Assembly (NCBI GenBank): GCA_051532035.1
Contig: JAOPTW010000003.1
Location: 19,708 to 54,206 of the forward strand
Length of the DNA stretch: 34,499 nt
Direction: 5' to 3'
DNA from: Fibrobacterales bacterium
GTDB taxonomy: Bacteria; Fibrobacterota; Fibrobacteria; Fibrobacterales; JAOPTW01
Notes under the pieces: model-generated
What the model was told of the DNA's origin: nothing
The model's database searches: none
The model's input: the letters and a program-made list of their open reading frames with translations, nothing else
Part shown: positions 1-8,809 of the stretch, piece by piece
How the letters are laid out: each line of letters starts with the position of its first letter
Position numbering within the stretch: the first letter of the stretch is position 1
Translations under genes and position numbers: made by a program

Positions 1-246
1 GACAAGTTACAAGCGTTCTGCGGCAAGAAAGGTGTAAGCCTTGAGGAATTACTGTCATGGAAAGATTTGGCCCTCGGGGCTATCGAGCACTCTGAATCAG
101 GAGCCGTAATTTCAAAGAAGGAGCACGACAAGATTGTTGCTAAACAGGAAAAAGAGCTGAGGCGTAAAACAGATGCTTTAGCCGAAGCGGCAGCCCTCTT
201 GATTCTTCAAAAAAAAACATCGGACCTATTTGGCGACGAAAGCTAG
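1..246 (+). CDS. IS3 transposase OrfA, C-terminal part (5'-truncated by window)
   Basis: Frame 1 is open from base 1 and reads DKLQAFC...EKELRRKTDALAEAAALLILQKKTSDLFGDES*. ELRRKxxALAEAAALL is typical of the IS3 OrfA coiled-coil end. Not in the supplied ORF track. Confidence 0.85.
   Translation, partial: DKLQAFCGKKGVSLEELLSWKDLALGAIEHSESGAVISKKEHDKIVAKQEKELRRKTDALAEAAALLILQKKTSDLFGDES
209..218 (+). other. -1 programmed ribosomal frameshift site (A9C)
   Basis: CAA AAA AAA ACA in the orfA frame. A -1 shift gives AAC ATC GGA...AAA ATG, which is open and in frame with the ORF starting at 255. Confidence 0.8.
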
Positions 247-930
247 AGGTCAAAATGAAAATAAAAATTATAGAAGCTGTTGATACAGCTGTTAAAGATG
301 GTGCTCGGCAATATAAAGCCTGTGCAGCCATTAATTTGTGTGAACGGCGATTGAGACGTTGGAAACAAAATCCAGAGGATGGTAGAAAAGGTGGGTACCG
401 CGCGAAAAGCCGACAGCTTTCTCCTCTTGAACAACAATCTATCATAACGCATTTTAAATCTGATGAGCTCGATGGCCAACCAGTTCGAGTTGCCCATGCA
501 AAGCTTATGGATAAAGGGATATATATTGTATCACCCGCTTCATGTATTCGTGTACTTAACTCATTAAAGTCAGTTGATGAAAAGAAGAATCACAACAAAA
601 TCAGACGAATTCGACCAGAATTAAAAGCGAGTTCTCCTTGCAAAGTTTGGTGTTGGGACATAACATGGCTTCCATCAAATGTACGGGGCAAATACTTCTA
701 TTTGTATCTTATCATTGATCTCTACTCACGTTTTATCGTCGACTGGGAGATTCATACAACAGAGGATGGTACGTATGCTCGCCAATTGTTTGCACGAGCA
801 TTTGAGAAATATACAGTTGGATTTAAATAGAGTAGCTCATCCATCTAGGCATGGTCAAAGAAAAAAGGTGTATGAAATTCCTGAGATAGTTGAACTTAAA
901 CACCGCGTAACCTTGCAAGCAGCGATGTAG
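216..930 (+). pseudogene. IS3 transposase OrfB (rve integrase core), internally deleted and frameshifted
   Basis: Has an HTH-like region (ACAAINLCERRLRRW) and WCWDITWL...YLYLIIDLYSRFIVDW with the first catalytic Asp, then stops at 830. The HSDNG and catalytic Glu segments are absent. An OrfB-like tail (RVAHPSRHGQRKKVYEIPEIVELK) continues in another frame to 930. Confidence 0.8.
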
Positions 931-1093
931 ATATTAAATTATGCAAAACGGACATTTTGCCTGAGACATACCGCATATCATGCCCATGTCAAGTGAGAAT
1001 GAAACCACTGTAAACTTCCAAAGCGTTGTAGAAAAATGGGATTAACTGATAATTTATTTTATAAACTTGTCGTTACTTTTAAATTTTAAAAAT

Positions 1094-2041
1094 ATGCATA
1101 ACAAAAAATATATTTACTCCTTTAATTATGATACTAATGAAAGTGATTTATGTAAGCTCGAATCTAGGCATGTTTTTAATGAAGAAGAAAAAAATAAACA
1201 GCTTTTTTCTGATATAAAAGTAGAACCCTCATGTAGTGCATACATAAAAAAAAGACTTGATATTATTTTATTTTCAGAAGATTACTCTAATCTAATCAAT
1301 GAAATTAAAAATGAACGTATTCGCATAGAAGGTTTCAAGGTTGAATATTTAGTTTTGGATGGCGATACAACTGAGTATCCTGAGAGGCTTAAAAAGTTAA
1401 AAGATATAGGCCTCAGTATTGAAGGCTTTCCCGATTATTATAGTCCAACAATTGTTTATGCGTTATGTTATTACATGGGTATCTGGTATTTTGGTGTTTT
1501 GATTAAAAACAATTTTGCATGGCATAAGCACAAGCAAAAACCTTGCTCATATAGTAACTCAATAAGTATGAGTGTTGCTAAAGCACTTGTTAATATTGCA
1601 GCTCAGGGAAATAAAGATGCAACACTGCTCGATGCCTGCTGTGGTGTTGGTACAATACTGTTAGAAGCCTGTTTTGCAGGAAATAACGTTGAGGGGTGCG
1701 ATATCAATGAGAAGATATGTAATGATGGACGAAAAAATCTTTCTCACTTCAATTATATTGCAAAAGTATATCACTCCGATATAAAAGATATGAGCACTCG
1801 GTATGAGGCTGCTATTATCGACCTGCCATACAACTTGTTTAGCCATGCAAATGATAATAATGTCCTACATATTATTGAGTCTACAGCAGAAATTTCAAAT
1901 CGACTTGTTATTGTATCGACCTCAGATATTTCAAAATTAATCTTAAATACAGGATTGCGAATATCAGATTATTGCAGTGTTAATAAAAGAGGAAAGACCA
2001 ATTTTACTCGAAAAATATGGGTTTGTGAAAAGAATAGATAG
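1094..2041 (+). CDS. Class I SAM-dependent methyltransferase, Trm11/UPF0020-like (putative RNA methyltransferase)
   Basis: Motif I LLDACCGVGTILLEA, GCDIN and motif IV-like IIDLPY. ATG at 1094 is preferred to TTG at 1067. Confidence 0.8.
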   Translation: MHNKKYIYSFNYDTNESDLCKLESRHVFNEEEKNKQLFSDIKVEPSCSAYIKKRLDIILFSEDYSNLINEIKNERIRIEGFKVEYLVLDGDTTEYPERLKKLKDIGLSIEGFPDYYSPTIVYALCYYMGIWYFGVLIKNNFAWHKHKQKPCSYSNSISMSVAKALVNIAAQGNKDATLLDACCGVGTILLEACFAGNNVEGCDINEKICNDGRKNLSHFNYIAKVYHSDIKDMSTRYEAAIIDLPYNLFSHANDNNVLHIIESTAEISNRLVIVSTSDISKLILNTGLRISDYCSVNKRGKTNFTRKIWVCEKNR

Positions 2042-2044
2042 GAT

Positions 2045-4630
2045 TTATTCATATTTAATAATTACTATTTTCTTAGAAAGTGTTGCCGGGATGGTAACTA
2101 CAGATTGAGTAATGGTAAGGGTATAGAGTCGTTCACCATACAATGAGTAGAGGGTACATGTTTCTGCTCTTGCATGAGGAATAAATAATTGTTGCGATGC
2201 ATCTACAGTGATAATGTGAGCATTTCTTTTGAAGGATCTCTGGGTATTGAGTGTAAGGGCGGCCACTGATTCAGAAGAACTGACGTTAATAATATCAGCA
2301 GAAGAACTCGATTGTTCAGTGGTTCTATCATCAGAGCTGGTTTTGGAAGAGATAGAGCTCTGTGGATTCATAGAACTACTCGATAGTGAAGGCTCTGCAA
2401 TACTCATTTTTTCATACACTCGTAGTTCAGAAAAAGCAAAATGCCCTTTGTTACTCTTGCGTTGAACCCGTATATATTGATAGAGCTCACTGCCTGCTAC
2501 AGGTACGGTCCAGGTACCTTCATGGGGAATGAGCGGTTCGTCATCAATTGATGCCAATACCGTAAAGTCACTAAAGGCAGAATCGAGGGATGCCTGAATC
2601 TCAAGATGCATTCTGCTTGACTCTTGATCTAAGCCATGGCGAGACACAAATTCAATAGTATCAATTTGAATTTTTCGTTGCAGATTAATCTGCAAATGGG
2701 GAGAGGGCTCGTCGCCATCAGATGCCCAGATAGTACCGATTGCTCCATCGTTTGCCATGCGTGAATCTTTGCCGTTCCAGGTGCTTGAAGCGGACACTGG
2801 TTTATAGAGTGCGACATTGGGCTTATCTGAAATTCTCTGCTCATTGTACCCTGCGTAGGTCATTATGGTGAGCGCATCTTGAGGCCAATTTCCATCGGTC
2901 ACAATAGTGTTGTTTCGCCAAGTATTATTTGTACCGTTCGCTAATGTGGTATGGGTGTCGGAATAATTATTTTCCAGTATATTATTTTGGATAGTGCTTG
3001 TCCAAAGACCCGCCCAAATGTCGGAGTCTCTTACCACATTGCTGTATATATGAATATTTTTTGAACCTTCATCCGGATATATTGCGCGTGCATCATTCCG
3101 GTGGTTTCTCACCCCAGTAATGTAGTTGTGGTGAATGCTTGCGTTAGTCTGTTTCGAAAGCGTGTAAATTCCACCGCCATCTTCAAATTTTAGCATTACG
3201 CTATCAACTCGGTTGTAGGCAATAATATTGTTCAGGCCTGCTTCTATATCGGGGCTCCAGCCCCAGCCAACTGAGATGCCGCTATAGGGCAAATTCACTA
3301 CAGTGTTTCCTTGTATCGTTGTCTCTTCGGTTATCTGTGCAAAAATACCGATTGATCCCCAATACTCTCTACCAGCTCTGCGGATATGATTATTATACAA
3401 TGTGATCTTTTTAGTGTTTGCAATGGAGATACCACTCCCTGAAATGTCGTTGAATTTATTATGGGCAATAAATGAGTTATTACTCTCTTTTGAAAATTGA
3501 AGAGCGCCTGAACCTAAATGTTCAAAGGAACACTCTTCTATGGTTATGTGGCTACTAGAAGTAATGCGTACGGCTCCTTTCATATTTTGTGAACCATGCT
3601 TTGTCATATATGCCTCAGCTTGTACATGGGGATACCCGTTGTCTGTATGTACCTGCAACCATGTGTTATATTGAAAGGCGAGACCCTTAAACTGAATATG
3701 TGATACATCTGTAGCGGTGAGTAAAGTCTGTTGAATGGGGATTACAGTTTCGGCTGTGGCAAGGTCGACACTTTCGTAAGGCTTCAAGTAAATGGTGTTT
3801 GTAGATCTGTCGAGATACCATTCACCTTTTTGATCGATAAACTCATAGGCATTTTCTATCCATGCCGGCCAGGGGAGACCATCCTTGACGCCACCAGTGC
3901 TATGGGTAAAGATGGCACTTGCCTTTGCGCCTTCCCAATACGGCTCTTTCATAAGAACTTTGTTGTACGCTTGGTCAATACTTGCTATCTGCCCCCGTTG
4001 GTGTATCCACTCAACTCTCACTACCACTTCTATATCGGTGAGGTTTTTCCAGCGTGCAACTTCAGCAAAATTAGGCACATTGTATCCCCAGGCATCAACA
4101 CTCCATCCCATGGCGTCTGCTGTTCGTGCACGAGTCTGTCTGCTGCCATTAACATAGAGCTGACGGGTGTCTGCTCCTTCAGGGACTTGCGCTTTGTAGA
4201 TGTTTTTATCTGCATCATGCAGTGTCCAGCCTGTCACAGTATGTCCACCACTTATTATAGCTTTTCCTTTGTTTTGGGCGCGATAGATAATTACAAAACC
4301 ATTTGTACCACCATCGAGAGCGCTAAAAGAAAGATGCGTTGTGAGAGGGTAGACGCCATCTAAAAGTGTGACAATAATATCACCTGTCTGGTTGCTCTTT
4401 ATTTGACTTACGGCCTCGCGTGCCTTAGTTATCGTCGCGAATGGTTCTGATAGTGTTCCGGGGTTTGTGTCGGAACCTTCAGGAGAAACAAAATACTCTT
4501 GTTGTACTATGGCGTGTAATGGTGCACATACTAATAAGACTATCAATACAGATAAACATTTTGTGTGAAGTCTGAACGTACATTGACCCAAATAAAAATA
4601 AACACTCTGTAGAAAAGTTGTACCCCTCAT
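2045..4630 (-). CDS. Secreted GH141-like right-handed beta-helix glycoside hydrolase + F5/8 (CBM32-like) + Ser-rich linker + C-terminal sorting-like domain
   Basis: YFVSPEGSDTNPGT..PFATI..A and IISGG..VTGW at the N-terminus, DGGGIYT and IYPDEGS Asp motifs, and NVALYKPVSASS discoidin start. GGGGGA RBS precedes ATG 4630, followed by a signal peptide ending PLHA. Confidence 0.8.
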   Translation of the reverse strand: MRGTTFLQSVYFYLGQCTFRLHTKCLSVLIVLLVCAPLHAIVQQEYFVSPEGSDTNPGTLSEPFATITKAREAVSQIKSNQTGDIIVTLLDGVYPLTTHLSFSALDGGTNGFVIIYRAQNKGKAIISGGHTVTGWTLHDADKNIYKAQVPEGADTRQLYVNGSRQTRARTADAMGWSVDAWGYNVPNFAEVARWKNLTDIEVVVRVEWIHQRGQIASIDQAYNKVLMKEPYWEGAKASAIFTHSTGGVKDGLPWPAWIENAYEFIDQKGEWYLDRSTNTIYLKPYESVDLATAETVIPIQQTLLTATDVSHIQFKGLAFQYNTWLQVHTDNGYPHVQAEAYMTKHGSQNMKGAVRITSSSHITIEECSFEHLGSGALQFSKESNNSFIAHNKFNDISGSGISIANTKKITLYNNHIRRAGREYWGSIGIFAQITEETTIQGNTVVNLPYSGISVGWGWSPDIEAGLNNIIAYNRVDSVMLKFEDGGGIYTLSKQTNASIHHNYITGVRNHRNDARAIYPDEGSKNIHIYSNVVRDSDIWAGLWTSTIQNNILENNYSDTHTTLANGTNNTWRNNTIVTDGNWPQDALTIMTYAGYNEQRISDKPNVALYKPVSASSTWNGKDSRMANDGAIGTIWASDGDEPSPHLQINLQRKIQIDTIEFVSRHGLDQESSRMHLEIQASLDSAFSDFTVLASIDDEPLIPHEGTWTVPVAGSELYQYIRVQRKSNKGHFAFSELRVYEKMSIAEPSLSSSSMNPQSSISSKTSSDDRTTEQSSSSADIINVSSSESVAALTLNTQRSFKRNAHIITVDASQQLFIPHARAETCTLYSLYGERLYTLTITQSVVTIPATLSKKIVIIKYE

Positions 4631-4755
4631 TATTGGTCCCCCGTAGAACGATGAGTTCAATGCTTCAGTTGTTGATCCTGATTAATCAAGATTAATGGCT
4701 CAGCAATGGTGTGTCCCTAGTATTTAATGTACTCTTAAATATCAATAATCCTACA

Positions 4756-4776
4756 ATGTAAATATTTAATTTACAT
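4756..4776. promoter_or_regulatory. Palindromic operator-like site ATGTAA-N9-TTACAT
   Basis: ATGTAAATATTTAATTTACAT lies 126 bp upstream of the GH141-like start. Related copies occur at 8581, 12874, 20250 and 25533. Confidence 0.55.
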
Positions 4777-4834
4777 TCCGTATTTGCGCTATGCGATATG
4801 TGTGACTCTAAAATACACAGACACACACTCGATT

Positions 4835-4873
4835 GAAACCCCAATTTCACTGTCTTAATAAAATCGGGGTTTC
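4835..4873 (-). terminator. Hairpin, probable terminator of the RCC1 gene
   Basis: GAAACCCCAATTT...AAATCGGGGTTTC forms a 13-bp stem (one G-U on the minus-strand RNA) about 50 bp after the stop. The U-tract is weak. Confidence 0.5.
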
Positions 4874-4920
4874 GGTTATATTGTAAAATTATTTGGTTGA
4901 TTTAACACTATGGATTAAAC

Positions 4921-7900
4921 CTAGGGAGTTATATTAATAAAAGCTGCAACTTCTCCCGTAGAGCCAGTACCAAATTGTCCGTAGAAATTTCGCCCGGAGG
5001 CTGCGATTGTTTCATCCTGTTTTACGATTAATGTATAGTAATGTCCACCATCAGCAAACTGAACTCCATTGAGAACATGAACAGGGGTATTTCGGTCTTG
5101 TTTGGTGCCATCTCCAAATTGTCCAAAATAGTTGAGTCCTGAAGCCCACAGAGCATTGTCAGACTTTATAAATAAACTATGATCTCCGCCGGTATATATT
5201 GATTGTACATCACTCAAAACATGAACAGGTGTCAATTGATCTACCCATGTACTATTCCCCAATTGACCATAATTATTGTCTCCGGTGGCCCATGCGGAAC
5301 TATCTAATTTTAAAATTAAGCTATGCTCTGGTCCCGCCGCAACAGACTGAACAGCACTCATAACTTGAATAGGAGTGGATTTGTTCTGAGTTGTACCATT
5401 ACCTAATTGACCATGATTGTTATACCCCGTCGCCCACAAGGTATTATCTGTTTTTACTATTAAGCTATGAAATGCTCCAGCAGACATGTTTTGCACATTG
5501 CTCATGATTTGAACAAAATTAGATTTGTTAGAGGTGTCCCCATCTCCCAGTTGCCCAAAAAAATTATACCCAGCAGCCCACAGAGTACTATCTGTTTTTA
5601 GAACTAAGCTATGATAATACCCTGCGGATATCGATTCTACATCACTCATGATTTGTATAGGCATTAATTTATCAACGAAAGTACCATCACCTAATTGCCC
5701 ACGGTTGTTATACCCCGTCGCCCATAAGGTATTATCTGTTTTTAAAATTAAACTATGATACCCGCCGGTAGATATAGACCGTACTCCACTCATGATTTGA
5801 ATACGGTTCGTTGTATTTATGACGGTTCCATTGCCTAATTGTCCAAAAGAATTGTTTCCTGCCCCCCATAGAATTCCATTTCCCTGTAGAAACAAGCTGT
5901 GTCCATTGCCACTAGAAAGACTTCGAACTTTTGTATCTGAAGGTAATGCCGCCAAAAGAAAATTACTTGAACTCACTGTTGTCCCATTACCAAACTGACC
6001 AAATGTATTAAGTCCGGTAGCCATAAGAGTACTATCAGTTGTTACCATTAAACTATGAAATGTACCCGCAGATACTGACTGGACATTACTCTTTGTTTGA
6101 ACGGGAGTCATTCTGTTGGTAGTCGATCCATCTCCCAGCTGTCCATTATCATTTTGTCCGGTAGCCCAAAGGGTGTTGTCATTTTTTGCAATTAATGTAT
6201 TGAAGCTCCCTGCCGATGCCGATGCCACATCACTCATTATGTATACAGGTGCTACTCTGTCGGTTGTCGTTCCATCTCCCAGCTGACCAAAAGTATTTTG
6301 ACCAGTCGACCACAGGGTGTTATCTGATTTTAGAATTAAACTATGGTGCTCGCCGGCAGATACCGATCGTATAGGGCCAATGCTTAGTGCTGCTACTTTT
6401 AGAGCATTGGTGGATACTCCTGCTCCAGAATTTCCCCCGATTTGAATGGGAATAGAACTATTGGTTGTGGTGCCGTCTCCAAACTGCCCCGATTCATTGC
6501 GGCCAGTCGCCCAGAGAGTGTTATCTGTTTTTACTATTAAACTATGATACGTGCCAGCCGATACTGATTGTACATCACTCATAATCTGAACAGGAGTTGA
6601 CTTATTGATGGTTGTTCCATCTCCGAGTTGGCCATAATTATTCCATCCCGTTGCCCAAAGGGTATTGTCTGTTTTAACGATTAAACTATGATGACTTCCA
6701 GCGGCAATGAAGCGTACATCACTCATAATCTGAACAGGGGTTGATTTACTTGTTGTTGTTCCATCTCCTAACTGGCCATACATATTATATCCTGTCGTCC
6801 AAAGGGTTTGATCGTTTTTTAAAATGAGACTATGTGAGTCATCTGCAGCTACGGCGTGTACATTACTCATGATTTGAACAGGAAATGTTTTGTCTATTGT
6901 CGTTCCATCACCTAATTGACCATGAGTGTTATTTCCTGTCGCCCAAAGGGCTCCATCATCCTTCAAAAAAAGGCTAAACCCATCTCCGTTCGCTAGGTTT
7001 GTTTGATCAGCCTCTGGAGCGATCACCGGTTCTAAAATCAATATATGGTTTGATGCTCCCAGTACATCGAGAGTTATTGCTACTCCAGTAGAATCACTAT
7101 TATTAAAAGCGCTTAAATTATAAGTACCTGCAATACTAAAAAAACCGACATACCCGGGAGTTCCAAAAATGCCGCTCCCGGTGATACCTATAATGGTATC
7201 ATTCAGTGTGACAGTAGCCCCCGCAACAGGAGTGTGCGTACTATCAAATACATTAATGCCAACAAAAGAAAGGAGGTTGCCAGATATAACTGCTCTCCGA
7301 ATAAGATCAATTGAAAAAGCGATTGATTGAGTGCTCGAACCCAGCTGAATCCCCGACTCAATACTCTGTGCAATCACTTCATTCGTAGCGATATCCCAGA
7401 ATTCTAGATCGACTGATACGGTATCATAAAAATAGTTACTCACTACTAAAGTCGTTGTATAGCCACTGCTGTCTGCATTAAGAGTTAAAGTCAAAGAGTC
7501 TTCTATTAAGGTATTGCGAGGGCTGACTAGTTTAAAGAGGGCTTTTAAATTTTGTAAAGACCCAACCTCATCAACAACTTCAGTAGGAATCTTCAAGACA
7601 AATGTTGCTTCACCACCATCCATAGTGGTGGTAAATATAACTTCAGCCACCAAAGGAATGAGGTCCAATGTATTATCCTGAGCTTTAACTACAGTCACAT
7701 TTTCTTGTTCTGGTCTCGAAGTCGCTATTAGTTGAGCCCCATCATACAGGGTAAGCTCTATGATATGTGCACCCTCCGTCACATTGAGATACAATGCACT
7801 TTGACCACTGCTGTTACTGAGGTCAATAATAATTTCAGTAGCGCCATCAATACTGTATCCAATTTTTGGATCAGTAATAGCTGCCAGTTCATGTACTGGA

Positions 7901-8439
7901 TATGAAAAGGTAAGTTTTGGTAATTCATTTACCGTGTAGATAAGCGTTACATCACCAATGACCGGAGTGACAGCCAGAGCTACTGTTGTCTCCGGAGTAA
8001 GATCTAGGTTATGTACCGATCCAAGATACTGCCTCCCGCCATTCTGTAATTCTAAGGAGAAATCATAAAACCCTAGTGGGAGAACAATGGTCATATTGGA
8101 GGTCAAGGTTTTGGTATCTTCGTCGAGGGTTACATACCAATCTATCAGCACGGTATCACCGGTTTCATGGGAATAGATACTCATGATGCCTACCAGATTT
8201 TCTGTGGATGCGCTATTTTCTGCTACCCCTATTTTGGCAAGGGTCGAGTGAGGGGCGACTGTTTGGGAATAGACTCCTTCGAGGGTATAATTAAATTGAA
8301 CTCCCAATTCGTCACCTGAATCTCCCGATGTACTGGTGCTACCGTTTGAGCAGCCGTTAAACACACATATGAAGAGTATCGTTACTATGATTAAGAACTG
8401 TTGTGCTAAAGAAATTGATTTTGATTTTATTTTGGACAT
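4921..8439 (-). CDS. Lipoprotein with uncharacterised beta-rich N-terminal half and 14 RCC1/BLIP-II repeats
   Basis: Lipobox-like FNGC. Fourteen ~48-aa repeats of consensus VxSxSAGxxHSLIxKxDxTLWATGxNxxGQLGDGT..PVQIMS. Confidence 0.9.
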   Translation of the reverse strand: MSKIKSKSISLAQQFLIIVTILFICVFNGCSNGSTSTSGDSGDELGVQFNYTLEGVYSQTVAPHSTLAKIGVAENSASTENLVGIMSIYSHETGDTVLIDWYVTLDEDTKTLTSNMTIVLPLGFYDFSLELQNGGRQYLGSVHNLDLTPETTVALAVTPVIGDVTLIYTVNELPKLTFSYPVHELAAITDPKIGYSIDGATEIIIDLSNSSGQSALYLNVTEGAHIIELTLYDGAQLIATSRPEQENVTVVKAQDNTLDLIPLVAEVIFTTTMDGGEATFVLKIPTEVVDEVGSLQNLKALFKLVSPRNTLIEDSLTLTLNADSSGYTTTLVVSNYFYDTVSVDLEFWDIATNEVIAQSIESGIQLGSSTQSIAFSIDLIRRAVISGNLLSFVGINVFDSTHTPVAGATVTLNDTIIGITGSGIFGTPGYVGFFSIAGTYNLSAFNNSDSTGVAITLDVLGASNHILILEPVIAPEADQTNLANGDGFSLFLKDDGALWATGNNTHGQLGDGTTIDKTFPVQIMSNVHAVAADDSHSLILKNDQTLWTTGYNMYGQLGDGTTTSKSTPVQIMSDVRFIAAGSHHSLIVKTDNTLWATGWNNYGQLGDGTTINKSTPVQIMSDVQSVSAGTYHSLIVKTDNTLWATGRNESGQFGDGTTTNSSIPIQIGGNSGAGVSTNALKVAALSIGPIRSVSAGEHHSLILKSDNTLWSTGQNTFGQLGDGTTTDRVAPVYIMSDVASASAGSFNTLIAKNDNTLWATGQNDNGQLGDGSTTNRMTPVQTKSNVQSVSAGTFHSLMVTTDSTLMATGLNTFGQFGNGTTVSSSNFLLAALPSDTKVRSLSSGNGHSLFLQGNGILWGAGNNSFGQLGNGTVINTTNRIQIMSGVRSISTGGYHSLILKTDNTLWATGYNNRGQLGDGTFVDKLMPIQIMSDVESISAGYYHSLVLKTDSTLWAAGYNFFGQLGDGDTSNKSNFVQIMSNVQNMSAGAFHSLIVKTDNTLWATGYNNHGQLGNGTTQNKSTPIQVMSAVQSVAAGPEHSLILKLDSSAWATGDNNYGQLGNSTWVDQLTPVHVLSDVQSIYTGGDHSLFIKSDNALWASGLNYFGQFGDGTKQDRNTPVHVLNGVQFADGGHYYTLIVKQDETIAASGRNFYGQFGTGSTGEVAAFINITP
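4924..7005 (-). repeat. Coding tandem repeat array, ~144-bp unit x14 (RCC1 blades)
   Basis: Recurring DNA such as TTATCTGTTTT..A..ATTAAACTATGA and ACATCACTCAT at roughly 144-bp spacing, with a 48-aa periodicity in translation. Confidence 0.9.
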
Positions 8440-8493
8440 TTGCTTTCCTTTTGGTGAATCGATTTACGTATGTAAATGATTATGGACTCACGA

Positions 8494-8523
8494 AGAATAT
8501 CACAGATGATTCTGTAATGTCAA
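8494..8523 (-). promoter_or_regulatory. Putative sigma70 promoter of the RCC1 gene with internal palindrome
   Basis: Minus strand TTGACA (8523-8518), an 18-bp spacer, and TATTCT preceded by TGn. The imperfect palindrome ATTACAGA-N4-TCTGTGAT fills the spacer. Confidence 0.5.
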
Positions 8524-8579
8524 GAGCACATATTTTTATTCCAATAAGGAAATGATTTCAGTTTACATATAGTAAATGC

Positions 8580-8601
8580 ACTGTAAATATTTAATTACAG
8601 T
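8580..8601. promoter_or_regulatory. Palindromic operator-like site ACTGTAA-N8-TTACAGT
   Basis: TGTAAATATTTAATTACA is identical to the 4757 site except for one missing T. It lies about 142 bp upstream of the RCC1 start. Confidence 0.55.
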
Positions 8602-8809
8602 AAGCGGATGGTTGGCGTCCTATGAGGGTGTTGTTGGTGATTGTATTGAAGTACAGAATCACTGGCCTCACAATTGGGTAAAGTCCATGTAATGCGTTTT
8701 TCCCTACTGCCTACAGTAGTACTGATTCAAAATTATTTGGATGAGTTGATCCTGTCTGATGAATTTGTAGGGCGGCAGTATTTAGTTTTTGATAAAAACA
8801 GAAAAGTAT

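Larger units (their letters stand above)
1..975 (+). mobile_element. IS3-family insertion sequence, right part, internally deleted (left end outside window)
   Basis: Contains the orfA C-terminus, an A9 slippery run, a partial orfB integrase core and an IS3-like terminal segment GGACATTTTGCCTGAGACATACCGCA ending in CA at about 975. The right-end call is by resemblance because the left IR is not visible. Confidence 0.85.

Noticed and set aside
140..497. Minus-strand ORFs 140-445 and 243-497
   Set aside because: Antisense shadows of the IS3 transposase with no recognisable motifs.
2229..4363. Plus-strand ORFs inside the GH141-like gene, including the 210-aa 3731-4363
   Set aside because: They lie antisense to a well-supported CDS, and their translations lack protein-like motifs or RBS.
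4921..7005. RCC1 repeat array as a CRISPR array or DGR variable region
   Set aside because: The repeats are degenerate, in-frame coding units without unique spacers. There is no cas or reverse transcriptase gene, and no adenine-specific template/variable pair was seen.
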